64,000 bases of DNA. Origin: Myxococcales bacterium (GTDB lineage Bacteria; Myxococcota_A; Polyangia; Fen-1088). The DNA is taken from contig JANXXE010000051.1 in the NCBI GenBank assembly GCA_025350815.1, positions 37 to 64,036 on the forward strand, written 5' to 3'. Both the position numbers and the translations under genes were made by a program. The notes beneath the pieces were generated by a model. It did no database searches. It saw only the letters and a list, made by a program, of their open reading frames with translations, and was not told where the DNA came from. Positions 18,648 through 27,610 of the stretch are shown here, one piece after another. Numbering within the stretch: the first letter of the stretch is position 1; each line of letters opens with the position of its first letter.

Positions 18648-20828
18648 TTGTACACTCGGGTCCTTCCAAACTTGAAAATTGCATTCACGCACAACCTCCA
18701 GCTGACAGACAGCGAGGACGAAGCCGAGTTTGACACAGTCGAAACCGTCGATGCCGTGGCCGATGGGTTGCGCGCGGGTGGTCACGAGGTCGAGAAGATT
18801 GAGGTCACCGGGCCGGCGTCGCACCTGGCCGCGCGCATCGAATCCTTCGCGCCGGATCTGATCTTCAACACGGCCGAAGGGCGCCGCGGACGCACGCGCG
18901 AGGCTTTTTACCCCGCGCTGTTCGAGGAACTGGGCTTCCCCTACACGGGTTCTGACGCCTACGTCCTGACGGTGACGCTGGACAAGTGGCTGACCAAGCT
19001 GATCTTGTCCGCCCAGGGCGTCGACACGCCGCGGGCCCGCTTGGTGGTTCCGGACGATCGGCGTCTGCGTGATCTCGGGGCCGTGGGTCTCGGCTATCCG
19101 GTCATCGTCAAACCTAATTACGAGGGCTCGTCGAAGGGCATCGGCGATGACGCCGTCGCGCGCGATCCCCGTGCGCTGGCCGAGATGCTGCCGCGGGCGC
19201 TGCGCAAGTATCCGGCGGGTGTGCTGCTGGAAGAATTCATCCCCGGCACGGACGTGACGGTGCCCTTCGTCGAAGGCCTCGGCGACGAGGGCGTGCTGTT
19301 GCCCGTCGACTACGTCTACGAGCCGGGCGCGCGCAGCCGCTTCAACATCTACGACTACCGCCTGAAGTCTGCTGAATCGAACCGCGTTTCCGTGCGCTGC
19401 CCGCCTGATCTGCCGCGCGATGTGGTGGCCCGCCTGCGCGCGCTGTCCAAACTGGCCATCCGGACTTTGGGTGTCCGGGATCTGGGTCGCATAGATTTTC
19501 GCGTCGGCGAAGACGGCCGCATCTTTTTGCTGGAGGTGAACGCGCTGCCGTCCCTGGAACGTGGGGCCAGCACGTTTGCTGCCGCCGCGCGCGAGGGTCT
19601 CGACTACGAAGCGGCGCTTGGCAGCATCGTTTCCAGTGCCGCGCGCCGCCAGGGTTTGCTGGTTCCCGCGGGCGTGCGGCGCCGGCGTCCGCCCGAACCT
19701 CTGCGCATTGGATTCACCTACAACGTCAAGCGGGTTGACTCGAAGGCGGGCAACGACGCCGAGGCCGAATACGACGCGCCCGAGACCATCGATTCGATTC
19801 GCGAGGCGATCGAGAGCCACGGGCACATCGTCCTGCCGCTGGAGGCCACGGCCGAGCTACCCCGACAGTTCACGGAGCAGCCTGTTGATCTGGTCTTCAA
19901 CATCGCCGAGGGCGTTTCGGGCCGCAACCGTGAGGCCGCCGTGCCCGCCCTGTGCGAGCTGATGGGCATCCCTTACACCGGCTCGGACGCGGCCACGTTG
20001 TCCATTGCCCTCGACAAGGCGCTGTCGAAACGCGTCCTGCGGCAGCACGGCATTCTGACGCCCGAGTTCCAGGTGATGGAATCCGGCCGCGAACGACTGT
20101 CGTCCAAGCTGAAGTTCCCCCTTATCGTGAAGCCCAATCAGGAAGGGTCCTCCAAGGGGGTCAGCGCCAGCGCCTCCGTGGTCGACGACGAGGAAGGCCT
20201 GCGGGCCGTGGTGCGGGAGCTGCTTGAGCGTTACCGGCAGCCGGCGCTGGTCGAGGACTATATCGCCGGCCGGGAATTCACCGTCGGCCTGCTGGGCGAC
20301 AAGCGCCCGCGCGTTTTGCCGCCGATGGAGATCCTGTTCAAGGACACCAGCAATCTGCGACCCGTTTACGACTACCAGATCAAGCAGGAATGGGAGAAGC
20401 ACGTCTACTACCAGTGTCCCGCCAAACTTTCGCCCGCCGAGCTCAAGGCCATCGAGCGGGTGGCGCGCGAGACCTTCTTGGCGCTCGCTTGTCGGGACGT
20501 GGCGCGCGTCGATCTGCGCATGGACGCCGCGGGCGAGCTGTGGGTCCTCGAGGTCAATCCCCTGCCGGGTCTGACGCCGGGCTATTCCGATCTGTGTCTG
20601 ATAGCCAACGCCGCCAACATCGACTACCGCTCGCTAATAGGCGAGATCATGGCCGGGGGGCTCAAGCGTCTGCGTGAGAAGCGTCGGGCCGAGGCCAGGC
20701 CCCCGGCCGCACCCACCCCCACCGCCTTTTCCCACGCCCCCGTGGCGGCCCACCCGGCCCCGGCCGCCGCCGCAAGCGCAACCGCCGAGGTTGCCGCCGT
20801 TCCGTCCGCCACCCTGACGCCGCCGTAG
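18648..20828 (+). CDS. tandem D-alanine--D-alanine-ligase-family ATP-grasp protein (two complete Ddl-like modules in one polypeptide)
   Basis: 726 aa. Each half has a Ddl N-domain followed by an ATP-grasp domain (VIVKPNYEGSSKGIG and LIVKPNQEGSSKGVS). The halves are mutually similar. Confidence 0.8.
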   Translation: MYTRVLPNLKIAFTHNLQLTDSEDEAEFDTVETVDAVADGLRAGGHEVEKIEVTGPASHLAARIESFAPDLIFNTAEGRRGRTREAFYPALFEELGFPYTGSDAYVLTVTLDKWLTKLILSAQGVDTPRARLVVPDDRRLRDLGAVGLGYPVIVKPNYEGSSKGIGDDAVARDPRALAEMLPRALRKYPAGVLLEEFIPGTDVTVPFVEGLGDEGVLLPVDYVYEPGARSRFNIYDYRLKSAESNRVSVRCPPDLPRDVVARLRALSKLAIRTLGVRDLGRIDFRVGEDGRIFLLEVNALPSLERGASTFAAAAREGLDYEAALGSIVSSAARRQGLLVPAGVRRRRPPEPLRIGFTYNVKRVDSKAGNDAEAEYDAPETIDSIREAIESHGHIVLPLEATAELPRQFTEQPVDLVFNIAEGVSGRNREAAVPALCELMGIPYTGSDAATLSIALDKALSKRVLRQHGILTPEFQVMESGRERLSSKLKFPLIVKPNQEGSSKGVSASASVVDDEEGLRAVVRELLERYRQPALVEDYIAGREFTVGLLGDKRPRVLPPMEILFKDTSNLRPVYDYQIKQEWEKHVYYQCPAKLSPAELKAIERVARETFLALACRDVARVDLRMDAAGELWVLEVNPLPGLTPGYSDLCLIANAANIDYRSLIGEIMAGGLKRLREKRRAEARPPAAPTPTAFSHAPVAAHPAPAAAASATAEVAAVPSATLTPP

Positions 20829-20839
20829 GTCGGGCCTGC

Positions 20840-21952
20840 ATGAGCGAGCGGCAGCGTCTGCGTCAGCTGGGCTTCTCGATCGGGCGATTCCCGACGGGGA
20901 CACAAAACGCCATCACCGATGTCGCGGGTGTTCGGGTCGGGCACACCACCCTTATCTCGGGCGAGGGCAAGCTGGAGATTGGAAAGGGCCCCGTGCGGAC
21001 CGGGGTCACCGCCATCGTGCCCCCGGCGCCCATCTTCACCGACCGGGTCGTGGCGGGTGCGTTTGTCCTCAACGGCGCCGGAGAAGTGTCGGGCCTTACC
21101 CAGGTGGTGGAATGGGGCCTGCTGGAGACGCCGGTTCTGCTGACCAGCACGATGTCCGTGGGCAAGGTTTCGGACGCCACCGTCAAATGGATGACCCGGC
21201 AGTTTCCGGGCATCGGCACCGACTACGACGTCATCATTCCCCTCGTGGGCGAATGCGACGATTCCTGGCTGAATGATTCCGTCGGGCGGCATGTCCGGTC
21301 CGAACACGTCTACCGCGCCATCGAACAGGCCAGCGGCGGTCCCGTGGCCGAAGGCGCGGTCGGGGCGGGCACGGGGCTTGTGACCTGCGACTTCAAGGCC
21401 GGCATCGGGACCAGTTCGCGTCGGGTGCCCGCCGAGGTCGGCCATTACACGCTGGGCGTTTTGGTCCAATCCAATTTCGGTGTCATGCGCAGCCTGGTGG
21501 TGAACGGCGCTCCCGTCGGAGAAATCCTCGCGCCCGAGTTTTCCTCGGCCGAAAAGCGAGTCCACAATGCCGGCTCGATCATCTGCGTCGTGGCGACGGA
21601 CGCGCCCCTGCTGTCGTCGCAGATCACCCGTTTGTGCAAGCGCGCGGCGCTGGGCATCGGCCGCGTGGGCTCATTCGCGGCGCACGGCTCGGGCGAGATC
21701 ATCGTTGGCTTTTCCACAGCCAACAAGGTGCCGCGCGAAACGCACGGCATGACCACGCGTCTTGAGGTCCTGCTCGATCCCGCCTGCGACGGCTTGTACG
21801 AGGCCGTGGTGGAGTGCACCGAGGAGGCCATCACGAACGCCCTGTGCATGGCCGAGGATATGCGCGGCCAGTCGGACCACTTCGCCCCCGCCCTTCCCCT
21901 CGATCGCCTGGCCACGATCCTCGACCGGCATCGCAAGGCCCACGCCGGCTGA
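20840..21952 (+). CDS. DmpA/S58-family (P1) aminopeptidase / D-Ala esterase-amidase-like self-processing peptidase
   Basis: 370 aa. N-terminal FPTGTQNAITDVAGVRVGHTT is characteristic of DmpA/BapA (ArgJ-fold) peptidases. Lies 11 bp after the upstream gene. Confidence 0.8.
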   Translation: MSERQRLRQLGFSIGRFPTGTQNAITDVAGVRVGHTTLISGEGKLEIGKGPVRTGVTAIVPPAPIFTDRVVAGAFVLNGAGEVSGLTQVVEWGLLETPVLLTSTMSVGKVSDATVKWMTRQFPGIGTDYDVIIPLVGECDDSWLNDSVGRHVRSEHVYRAIEQASGGPVAEGAVGAGTGLVTCDFKAGIGTSSRRVPAEVGHYTLGVLVQSNFGVMRSLVVNGAPVGEILAPEFSSAEKRVHNAGSIICVVATDAPLLSSQITRLCKRAALGIGRVGSFAAHGSGEIIVGFSTANKVPRETHGMTTRLEVLLDPACDGLYEAVVECTEEAITNALCMAEDMRGQSDHFAPALPLDRLATILDRHRKAHAG

Positions 21953-21968
21953 CGGGGACCTGTCGGCG

Positions 21969-23027
21969 ATGCGGGTTTGCTTTCTGGTCGGTGACATCAA
22001 GGCGCAGCAGCCCACGTACGGCGGCGTGTACCTGGCCTGGGCGGCCCATCGCCGTGGCCACGACGTGCGCTTCGTTTCGGTGGATGATCTGTCCTTTCTC
22101 GACGACAACAACATCCTGGCCACGACAACGCGCGTGCGCGCGGGCGACTACACGCGGCCTGCTGACTTCTGGCGGGCGCTGACCTCGGACGACGTGGTCA
22201 AGGAAGAGGACGCCCTTTCGGGATTCGATGTCGTCTTTCTGCGCTACAACCCGCTGCGCGAGGGGCCGGGCCTGCCCGGCTCGCCCGTCATCGACGTGTG
22301 CTGGCGCTTGCGGCTCGGCGGGACGCTGGTCATCAACGATCCGGAGGGCTTGCGCCGCGCGGGGGGGCGCATGTACCTGGGCGACCTGCCGCCCGAGATT
22401 CGCGCCAGAACGCTGGTGTCCCGCTCGGCCCGGCGCCTGAAGGAATTTCTGCGGGCCCTCGACGGGCCGGCGGTCCTCAAGTCACTGTCGCGAATGGGCG
22501 CCGAGAAGGTTTTCTACGTGCGGCGCCGCCAGGTTGCGAATCTCAATCAGATCATCACGGCCATCACCAAGACCGGGCACGCGGTCGCGCAGGAATACCT
22601 GCCCGAGGCGCAGCAGGGCGAAAAGCGCTTGTTGCTGCTGGGGGGCCAGCCCCTGCGGGTGGGCAAGCAGGTCGCTATTTACCGCCGGGTTCCCGCCCTG
22701 CGCCCCGCTGGTGGCGGCGCGGCCGATGCGCCGGGTACCGGACCCAAGGCCGGCAACACCAGGGCGGACTTTGGCCCGACCGAGGCCCGCCTGTGCGAAT
22801 TGCTTCGGCCGAAACTTCTGGCCGATGGTCTCTATTTCGTCAGCGTCGACATCGCCGGCGACCGCATTCTCGAGGTGAATGTGTTCACCCCCGGTGGGTT
22901 GCATTCACTGAAGGAGGTCTACAAGATCGACGCTGCCGCGGTGATCATGCGCGACGTCGAGCGGCGGGTTCGCCTGCGGGCTGCGTACCGGACGACCTTC
23001 GATCCCGAAGCCGCAGACGTGGTGTAG
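21969..23027 (+). CDS. glutathione-synthetase/RimK-like ATP-grasp ligase
   Basis: Internal ATG (MRVCFLVGDIK...) chosen to avoid overlap with the DmpA gene. GshB-like N-domain and ATP-grasp with GDRILEVNVFTPGG (compare GshB GDRLTEINVTSPT). Confidence 0.72.
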   Translation: MRVCFLVGDIKAQQPTYGGVYLAWAAHRRGHDVRFVSVDDLSFLDDNNILATTTRVRAGDYTRPADFWRALTSDDVVKEEDALSGFDVVFLRYNPLREGPGLPGSPVIDVCWRLRLGGTLVINDPEGLRRAGGRMYLGDLPPEIRARTLVSRSARRLKEFLRALDGPAVLKSLSRMGAEKVFYVRRRQVANLNQIITAITKTGHAVAQEYLPEAQQGEKRLLLLGGQPLRVGKQVAIYRRVPALRPAGGGAADAPGTGPKAGNTRADFGPTEARLCELLRPKLLADGLYFVSVDIAGDRILEVNVFTPGGLHSLKEVYKIDAAAVIMRDVERRVRLRAAYRTTFDPEAADVV

Positions 23028-23057
23028 GCGAACGTAGTGACAAGGGGCGGCTAGAAA

Positions 23058-24311
23058 ATGCCCCTGACTCCGGGTAGCCTGAAGGAACAGGTGAGCGCTT
23101 CTTCCGCCGATCGTGACCGCGACCGAGATCGGGATCGAGAGGCCGACGTCATGGATCTCGCGAGCCAGCCTGCGCCCGCCCAGCCGCCGGCGGAACCGGG
23201 TCCCGTCCTGACGGTATCGCCCGAGGAGATCTCGCGCTTCTTCGTGCGCGTCCGCCGCGACCAGGAAACCGAACGCTGGGACGTGCGTCTGGATGGGGCC
23301 CTGCGCGAGATTCTTGAGCGCGCAAACGAGTTCGTTCCGTCGGAATCGGGTGGCATCTTGCTGGACGATCCGCGCGCCAAGCTGGCGGGCGTGCGCACCC
23401 CGCGGCTGACGTTCATCGCGGTGTACGGGCCAGGCTCGGCACAGCTGCTCGGCATGCGTATCCCGAGCGATCGTGGATTTGTCGGACAGATTTACCGTTC
23501 GGGCAGCCCCTACCGGACCGACAATTTGACGCCCGACGATCCCCTGATCGTCACGGTGCCCCCGCGCCCTTCGGGGCCGCCCATCGGGTCCATCATCGGC
23601 GTGCCAGTCATCGTGGGCGAGTCGATCTGCGGCGTGTTGCAACTGGCGAACCGTCGTTCGGGTGGGCCCTACACTGTCCGTGACAACGAGTTGCTCCGGA
23701 TCTTTGCCGCCTACATGTCCTCGTCGATCCAGAACGCGCTCGACGCCATCCGGGCGCGGGCGCTGGCGAGGCTCGATCACCTGACGGGGCTTTTCAACAG
23801 TCGTTATTTCCACATCCGGTTGCAAGACGAAATCGTGCGCGCCGATCGGGATGGCACCGAACTTTCGATGCTGTTTCTCGACCTCGACAACTTCAAGCTG
23901 GTCAACGATCGCTTCGGCCATATGGCCGGTAGCTGGACCCTGCGCGAGGTGGCCCGCCTGTTGGCCGAAAATGCGCCACCAGCGACTGTGCTGGCGCGCT
24001 ACGGGGGCGACGAATTCGTGGCGATCCTGCCAGGGACGGGCCTACAGCGCGCGGTGCAGACGGCCGAATTGCTGCGGCGGGTGATTGCCGACGCGACCCT
24101 ATTCGACGTCGAATCGGAGCCCGGCCAACCCGCACAAATGCTGCCCGGCGTGCGTGCCTCGCTGGGCGTTGCGTCCTACCGGGATCACCTGGCACCCGGT
24201 GGCAACCAGCGCCGGCGTGAGAACGTCTTTCTGCGCCTGGCCGATTCGGCTATGTATCGGGCCAAGGCCAATGGTCGCAACCGCGTCGAAGTCGCCGAAG
24301 GCGAAGAGTAG
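23058..24311 (+). CDS. GAF-GGDEF diguanylate cyclase
   Basis: 417 aa. GAF-like N-region; GGDEF domain with RYGGDEF. The start may be the downstream Met at about 23151. Confidence 0.85.
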   Translation: MPLTPGSLKEQVSASSADRDRDRDRDREADVMDLASQPAPAQPPAEPGPVLTVSPEEISRFFVRVRRDQETERWDVRLDGALREILERANEFVPSESGGILLDDPRAKLAGVRTPRLTFIAVYGPGSAQLLGMRIPSDRGFVGQIYRSGSPYRTDNLTPDDPLIVTVPPRPSGPPIGSIIGVPVIVGESICGVLQLANRRSGGPYTVRDNELLRIFAAYMSSSIQNALDAIRARALARLDHLTGLFNSRYFHIRLQDEIVRADRDGTELSMLFLDLDNFKLVNDRFGHMAGSWTLREVARLLAENAPPATVLARYGGDEFVAILPGTGLQRAVQTAELLRRVIADATLFDVESEPGQPAQMLPGVRASLGVASYRDHLAPGGNQRRRENVFLRLADSAMYRAKANGRNRVEVAEGEE

Positions 24312-24337
24312 GGCGCACGTCAGGGTGTGGTGGGCGA

Positions 24338-24906
24338 TGCTCCTGGTCGCCGCCGTGTCCGCGGGCTGCACCCGCCGGGGTGGCGAGGCCGGTACGTCCG
24401 GGGCCCCGGTTGTGGAGATCCGGGACGCCGACGGTCAGCCGACGCTGTCGGTGCGTCGGATTGACGGCGGTCTCCGGTGGCTCGATCTGGCCGGGCACAC
24501 CCAGGGTGATCTCTTCGCCAAGGACGGACGCATCGTCACCACCAGGGGCGGCCAGGAGGGTGAAGCGTTGACGGCCGACAAGGAAGCCGTGGACGCCCTC
24601 GCCATCAGGCGTCCGGGCGGGCACCGGCTGCTTCTTGCGCGTGTCGGCGGTGCTTTGCGCCTGGGTGACGGGGCCGGGATCCCGGTGGCCCGCATACGCG
24701 CCGAGGGCGATAACGGGGCGGTGGCTTACGACGCCGGGGGGCTAATCGTCGCCAGCGCGCGCAGCGCCGGGGGCCGCATCGTGCTGTCGGATAGCGCCGG
24801 ACACACGACTGGATTCGTCACAGGATCCGCCAGCGTCGAGCGGGCGGCCCTGATCATGCTGGGCATGCTCCTACCCGCCGAGCGCGCGATTTTGCTCGCG
24901 TACTGA
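24338..24906 (+). CDS. hypothetical lipoprotein
   Basis: MLLVAAVSAGC lipobox start within the long ORF 24085..24906; the upstream part of that ORF overlaps the GGDEF gene in another frame. Confidence 0.45.
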
Positions 24907-24928
24907 CGCGGCCGGAGCAAGTGGGCGG

Positions 24929-25135
24929 CTACTTGTCGTCGCGCAACGCGCGGGACAAGATCTTGCCGGCCAGCTTCTCGCCGTCGACCTTGTACTGGCC
25001 TGAAGCGACAAGACGCCGAAGCTCGCCGACGCGGGCCTGGCGGGCAATCTGTGGTCCCGACTGCGACGCCAAGAAAGCATCGCGTTTGGACGGGGAGGAT
25101 GACTTCCGGGGGGAGGGCCTACTGGTGACCGACAT
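24929..25135 (-). CDS. FlgM-like anti-sigma-28 factor (putative)
   Basis: 68 aa. The C-terminal region GQYKVDGEKLAGKILSRAL resembles the FlgM sigma-binding helix region. Located immediately downstream of a FliA/WhiG-type sigma factor gene, with a sigma-28-like promoter just upstream. Confidence 0.45.
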   Translation of the reverse strand: MSVTSRPSPRKSSSPSKRDAFLASQSGPQIARQARVGELRRLVASGQYKVDGEKLAGKILSRALRDDK

Positions 25136-25143
25136 GCATACCT

Positions 25144-25170
25144 AATTCGGCCAAAAACCAAAAAGCTTGA
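25144..25170 (-). promoter_or_regulatory. candidate sigma-28 (FliA/WhiG)-type promoter for the FlgM-like gene
   Basis: Reverse strand reads TCAAGCTT-N11-GCCGAATT (consensus TAAAGTTT-N11-GCCGATAA) inside a 100-bp AT-rich intergenic region. The -10 element ends 8 nt before the ATG, which would make the transcript leaderless or nearly so. Confidence 0.35.
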
Positions 25171-25239
25171 AGTAATTTCTTGTCATAAAAAAATCCACAG
25201 TAGTTACAAATGCTTACATGCCCAGTTGGAGTGCGCCGA

Positions 25240-26028
25240 TCAGGCTGCGACGGTTTCTTCCAGCTCGCCCAAGGTCTCGCGCAGCTTCTTCGTCGCCTCG
25301 CCGTGGATCTGGCACACCCGCGATTCCGTGACGCCCAGGACGTTGCCAATCTCTTTCAAATTCAGATTCTCGCAGTAGTACAGCGACAGAACCTGCTGCA
25401 TCTTTTCGGGCAAATCGTCGATGCCAGCGACGAGTCGGGCCACGGTTTCCCGGTGTGAGGTGATCTCAAACGGGTCAGGCGCGTTGTCGTCGCCGGTGCG
25501 CTCAAGGAAATCGGGACCGGCGTCATCGATGCCCACCACCGACGAGCCAGACAGCTTCTGCTGGCGGGCGTACAGCTCCTCGACCTCGACCCCAAGGGCC
25601 TCGGCAATTTCCTGCTGGTCAGGTGTGCGGCCCAGTTGCGCTTCAAGGCGGCGCGTGGCTTCGCGCAGCTCGTTTGACAGCCGGCGCATGTCGCGGGACA
25701 GGGTGTCGCGCGAGCGCAGGTCGTCCAACATCGCACCCCGGATACGGAACTCGGCGAAGGCCTCGAACCGGTCGACCCGTTTGGGGTCGAAGCGGTCGGC
25801 CGCCTCCATCAGCCCGATCACGCCCGACGAGATCAGGTCATCGATCTCGACGTGGGCCGGCAAACGCCGCGCAAGCCTTCGCGCAACCTTTTCGATGTAA
25901 GGGAAAAACTTTGCGGCGTACTCGCGCCTTTTTTCGGCCACTGACTTACGGGAAGGTTTGCGTGCCGCCTTGGCTTTCTTCCGTTTCGCGATGGGCATAC
26001 GCCATGACAAGAGCACCGAATGTGCCAA
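25240..26028 (-). CDS. FliA/WhiG-family (group 3) RNA polymerase sigma factor
   Basis: 262 aa. Region 2 (DLISSGVIGLMEAADRFDP), region 3 and region 4 HTH (NLKEIGNVLGVTESRVCQIHGEA). Confidence 0.85.
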   Translation of the reverse strand: MAHSVLLSWRMPIAKRKKAKAARKPSRKSVAEKRREYAAKFFPYIEKVARRLARRLPAHVEIDDLISSGVIGLMEAADRFDPKRVDRFEAFAEFRIRGAMLDDLRSRDTLSRDMRRLSNELREATRRLEAQLGRTPDQQEIAEALGVEVEELYARQQKLSGSSVVGIDDAGPDFLERTGDDNAPDPFEITSHRETVARLVAGIDDLPEKMQQVLSLYYCENLNLKEIGNVLGVTESRVCQIHGEATKKLRETLGELEETVAA

Positions 26029-26157
26029 GATTCGAAACCGCGCCGACGCTGGGCTTCACCTGTCCGACGGACAGGTCACCGTCAGCCGAATGACGTTCAG
26101 GGGCGCTTGACGCTGTCAATCGGGTGACGCCCCGGCAGGTCCTTGACGGTGTCAGGC

Positions 26158-27606
26158 TCACGCGACGTTTCTCCGACGGAGCTTCTCGACGAGGGTGGTG
26201 CGGTTCATACCCAGCAGCTCGGCCGCGCGGTTCCGGTTGCCGCCCGTTCGTTCCAGCGCCTGTCCGATCAGGCGTTCTTCCAGTTGGTGCAGCAGCATGC
26301 GCAGGTCGACACCCGACGGTGGCAGGTCGACCATGCCCGCGTTCAGGTCCACGACGTCTGTGCGGAGGTTGGGGGGCAGGTCGTCAACTGTGACCATCCG
26401 GTTGCCGGCGACCAGAACCAGGCGCTCGATGGTGTTTTCAAGCTGGCGGACGTTGCCAGGCCAGTCGTGGGAACACAGGACTTCCATCACTTCGGGCGTG
26501 AAGCCAGGCACCGAACGCCGGTCGACTGCGTTGATCTCCTGGCGAAAATGCTCGGCCAAAAGGGCGATGTCCTCGCGCCGGTCGCGCAAGGCCGGCACGT
26601 CGATGGGGATGACATCCAGGCGGTAGAACAGGTCCTCGCGAAAGCTTCCGTCCTGCACCATCTGTTCGAGGTTGCGGTGCGTGGCCGCGATGACGCGGAC
26701 CTCCACGGGAACCGGATGGCTGCCCCCCACCTGCATCACCTCGCGCTCCTGCAGCACGCGCAGTAGCTTGCCCTGCAGGCTCTTCGGCATGTCGCCAATC
26801 TCGTCGAGAAATAGCGTGCCGTTCTGCGCGGCCAGCACCTTGCCAAGACGTGCCTTGTCCGCGCCCGTGAAGGCGCCCTTGGTGTGTCCGAGCAGTTCGG
26901 ACTCGGCCAGTGACTCAGGGATCGCCGCCATGTTCACGGCGACGAAAGGCCCGGCTCGGCGGGCGCTGGCGGCGTGAATCAGCCGGGCGAGAATTTCCTT
27001 GCCGGTACCGGTCTCGCCGCGGATGAGAACATTCGCCTCGGTGTCGGCCACCTGATCGATTCGTTCCAGGACAAGGCGCATCGCCGGGTGCTCGCCTATG
27101 ACGGCTGCGCCCCTGGTCTGCCGCACGTGGTTGGCGCGTGCCGGCTCGGCCAGTAACTTTTGCAGCGTTTCCTGAAAGAACATCGCGTGAAAGGGCTTGG
27201 CCAGAAAGTCGACCGCGCCCGCGCGCAGGGCGGCGACGGCGTCTTGCACCGTGCCTTCTCCGGTCAGGACCACGACGGACACTGGCGGTGTTCGCTTCCG
27301 CGCCGCCTCTAGTACGTCGAAGCCACTGGCCCCGGGCATGCGCAAGTCCGTGATGCACAGATCCACCTGTTCGGACTGGAGCAGGGCAATAGCGTGCGCG
27401 CCATCCGTCGCCTCGAGCGCTTCGTGCCCGACGGACGTCACCAGGCGATGAAGAATCGCCCGGATAGTGGGATCGTCATCCACCAGAAGGATGCGCTTGC
27501 TAATCAACAATCGGGGGATCCCATCGGCTGGATCGGCCACCCCCTTGAAGTGCGCTTCCGCGTCCGTGACCGGCTGATGCGTTGCGCGTGTACGCGAATC
27601 AGGCAT
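26158..27606 (-). CDS. sigma-54-dependent response regulator (NtrC family: REC + AAA+ with GAFTGA + Fis-type HTH)
   Basis: 482 aa. REC (LLVDDDPT...ITDLRMPG), Walker A GETGTGKE, GAFTGA motif present, C-terminal HTH. Confidence 0.9.
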   Translation of the reverse strand: MPDSRTRATHQPVTDAEAHFKGVADPADGIPRLLISKRILLVDDDPTIRAILHRLVTSVGHEALEATDGAHAIALLQSEQVDLCITDLRMPGASGFDVLEAARKRTPPVSVVVLTGEGTVQDAVAALRAGAVDFLAKPFHAMFFQETLQKLLAEPARANHVRQTRGAAVIGEHPAMRLVLERIDQVADTEANVLIRGETGTGKEILARLIHAASARRAGPFVAVNMAAIPESLAESELLGHTKGAFTGADKARLGKVLAAQNGTLFLDEIGDMPKSLQGKLLRVLQEREVMQVGGSHPVPVEVRVIAATHRNLEQMVQDGSFREDLFYRLDVIPIDVPALRDRREDIALLAEHFRQEINAVDRRSVPGFTPEVMEVLCSHDWPGNVRQLENTIERLVLVAGNRMVTVDDLPPNLRTDVVDLNAGMVDLPPSGVDLRMLLHQLEERLIGQALERTGGNRNRAAELLGMNRTTLVEKLRRRNVA

Positions 27607-27610
27607 TCGC

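Noticed and set aside
21762-21968. Upstream part of ORF 21762..23027 that overlaps the DmpA gene
   Set aside because: It overlaps the 3' end of the well-supported DmpA-like CDS in another frame. The conserved GshB-like N-terminus begins at the internal Met (21969).
24085-24337. Upstream part of ORF 24085..24906
   Set aside because: It overlaps the GGDEF gene's 3' end. A lipoprotein signal begins at the internal Met.
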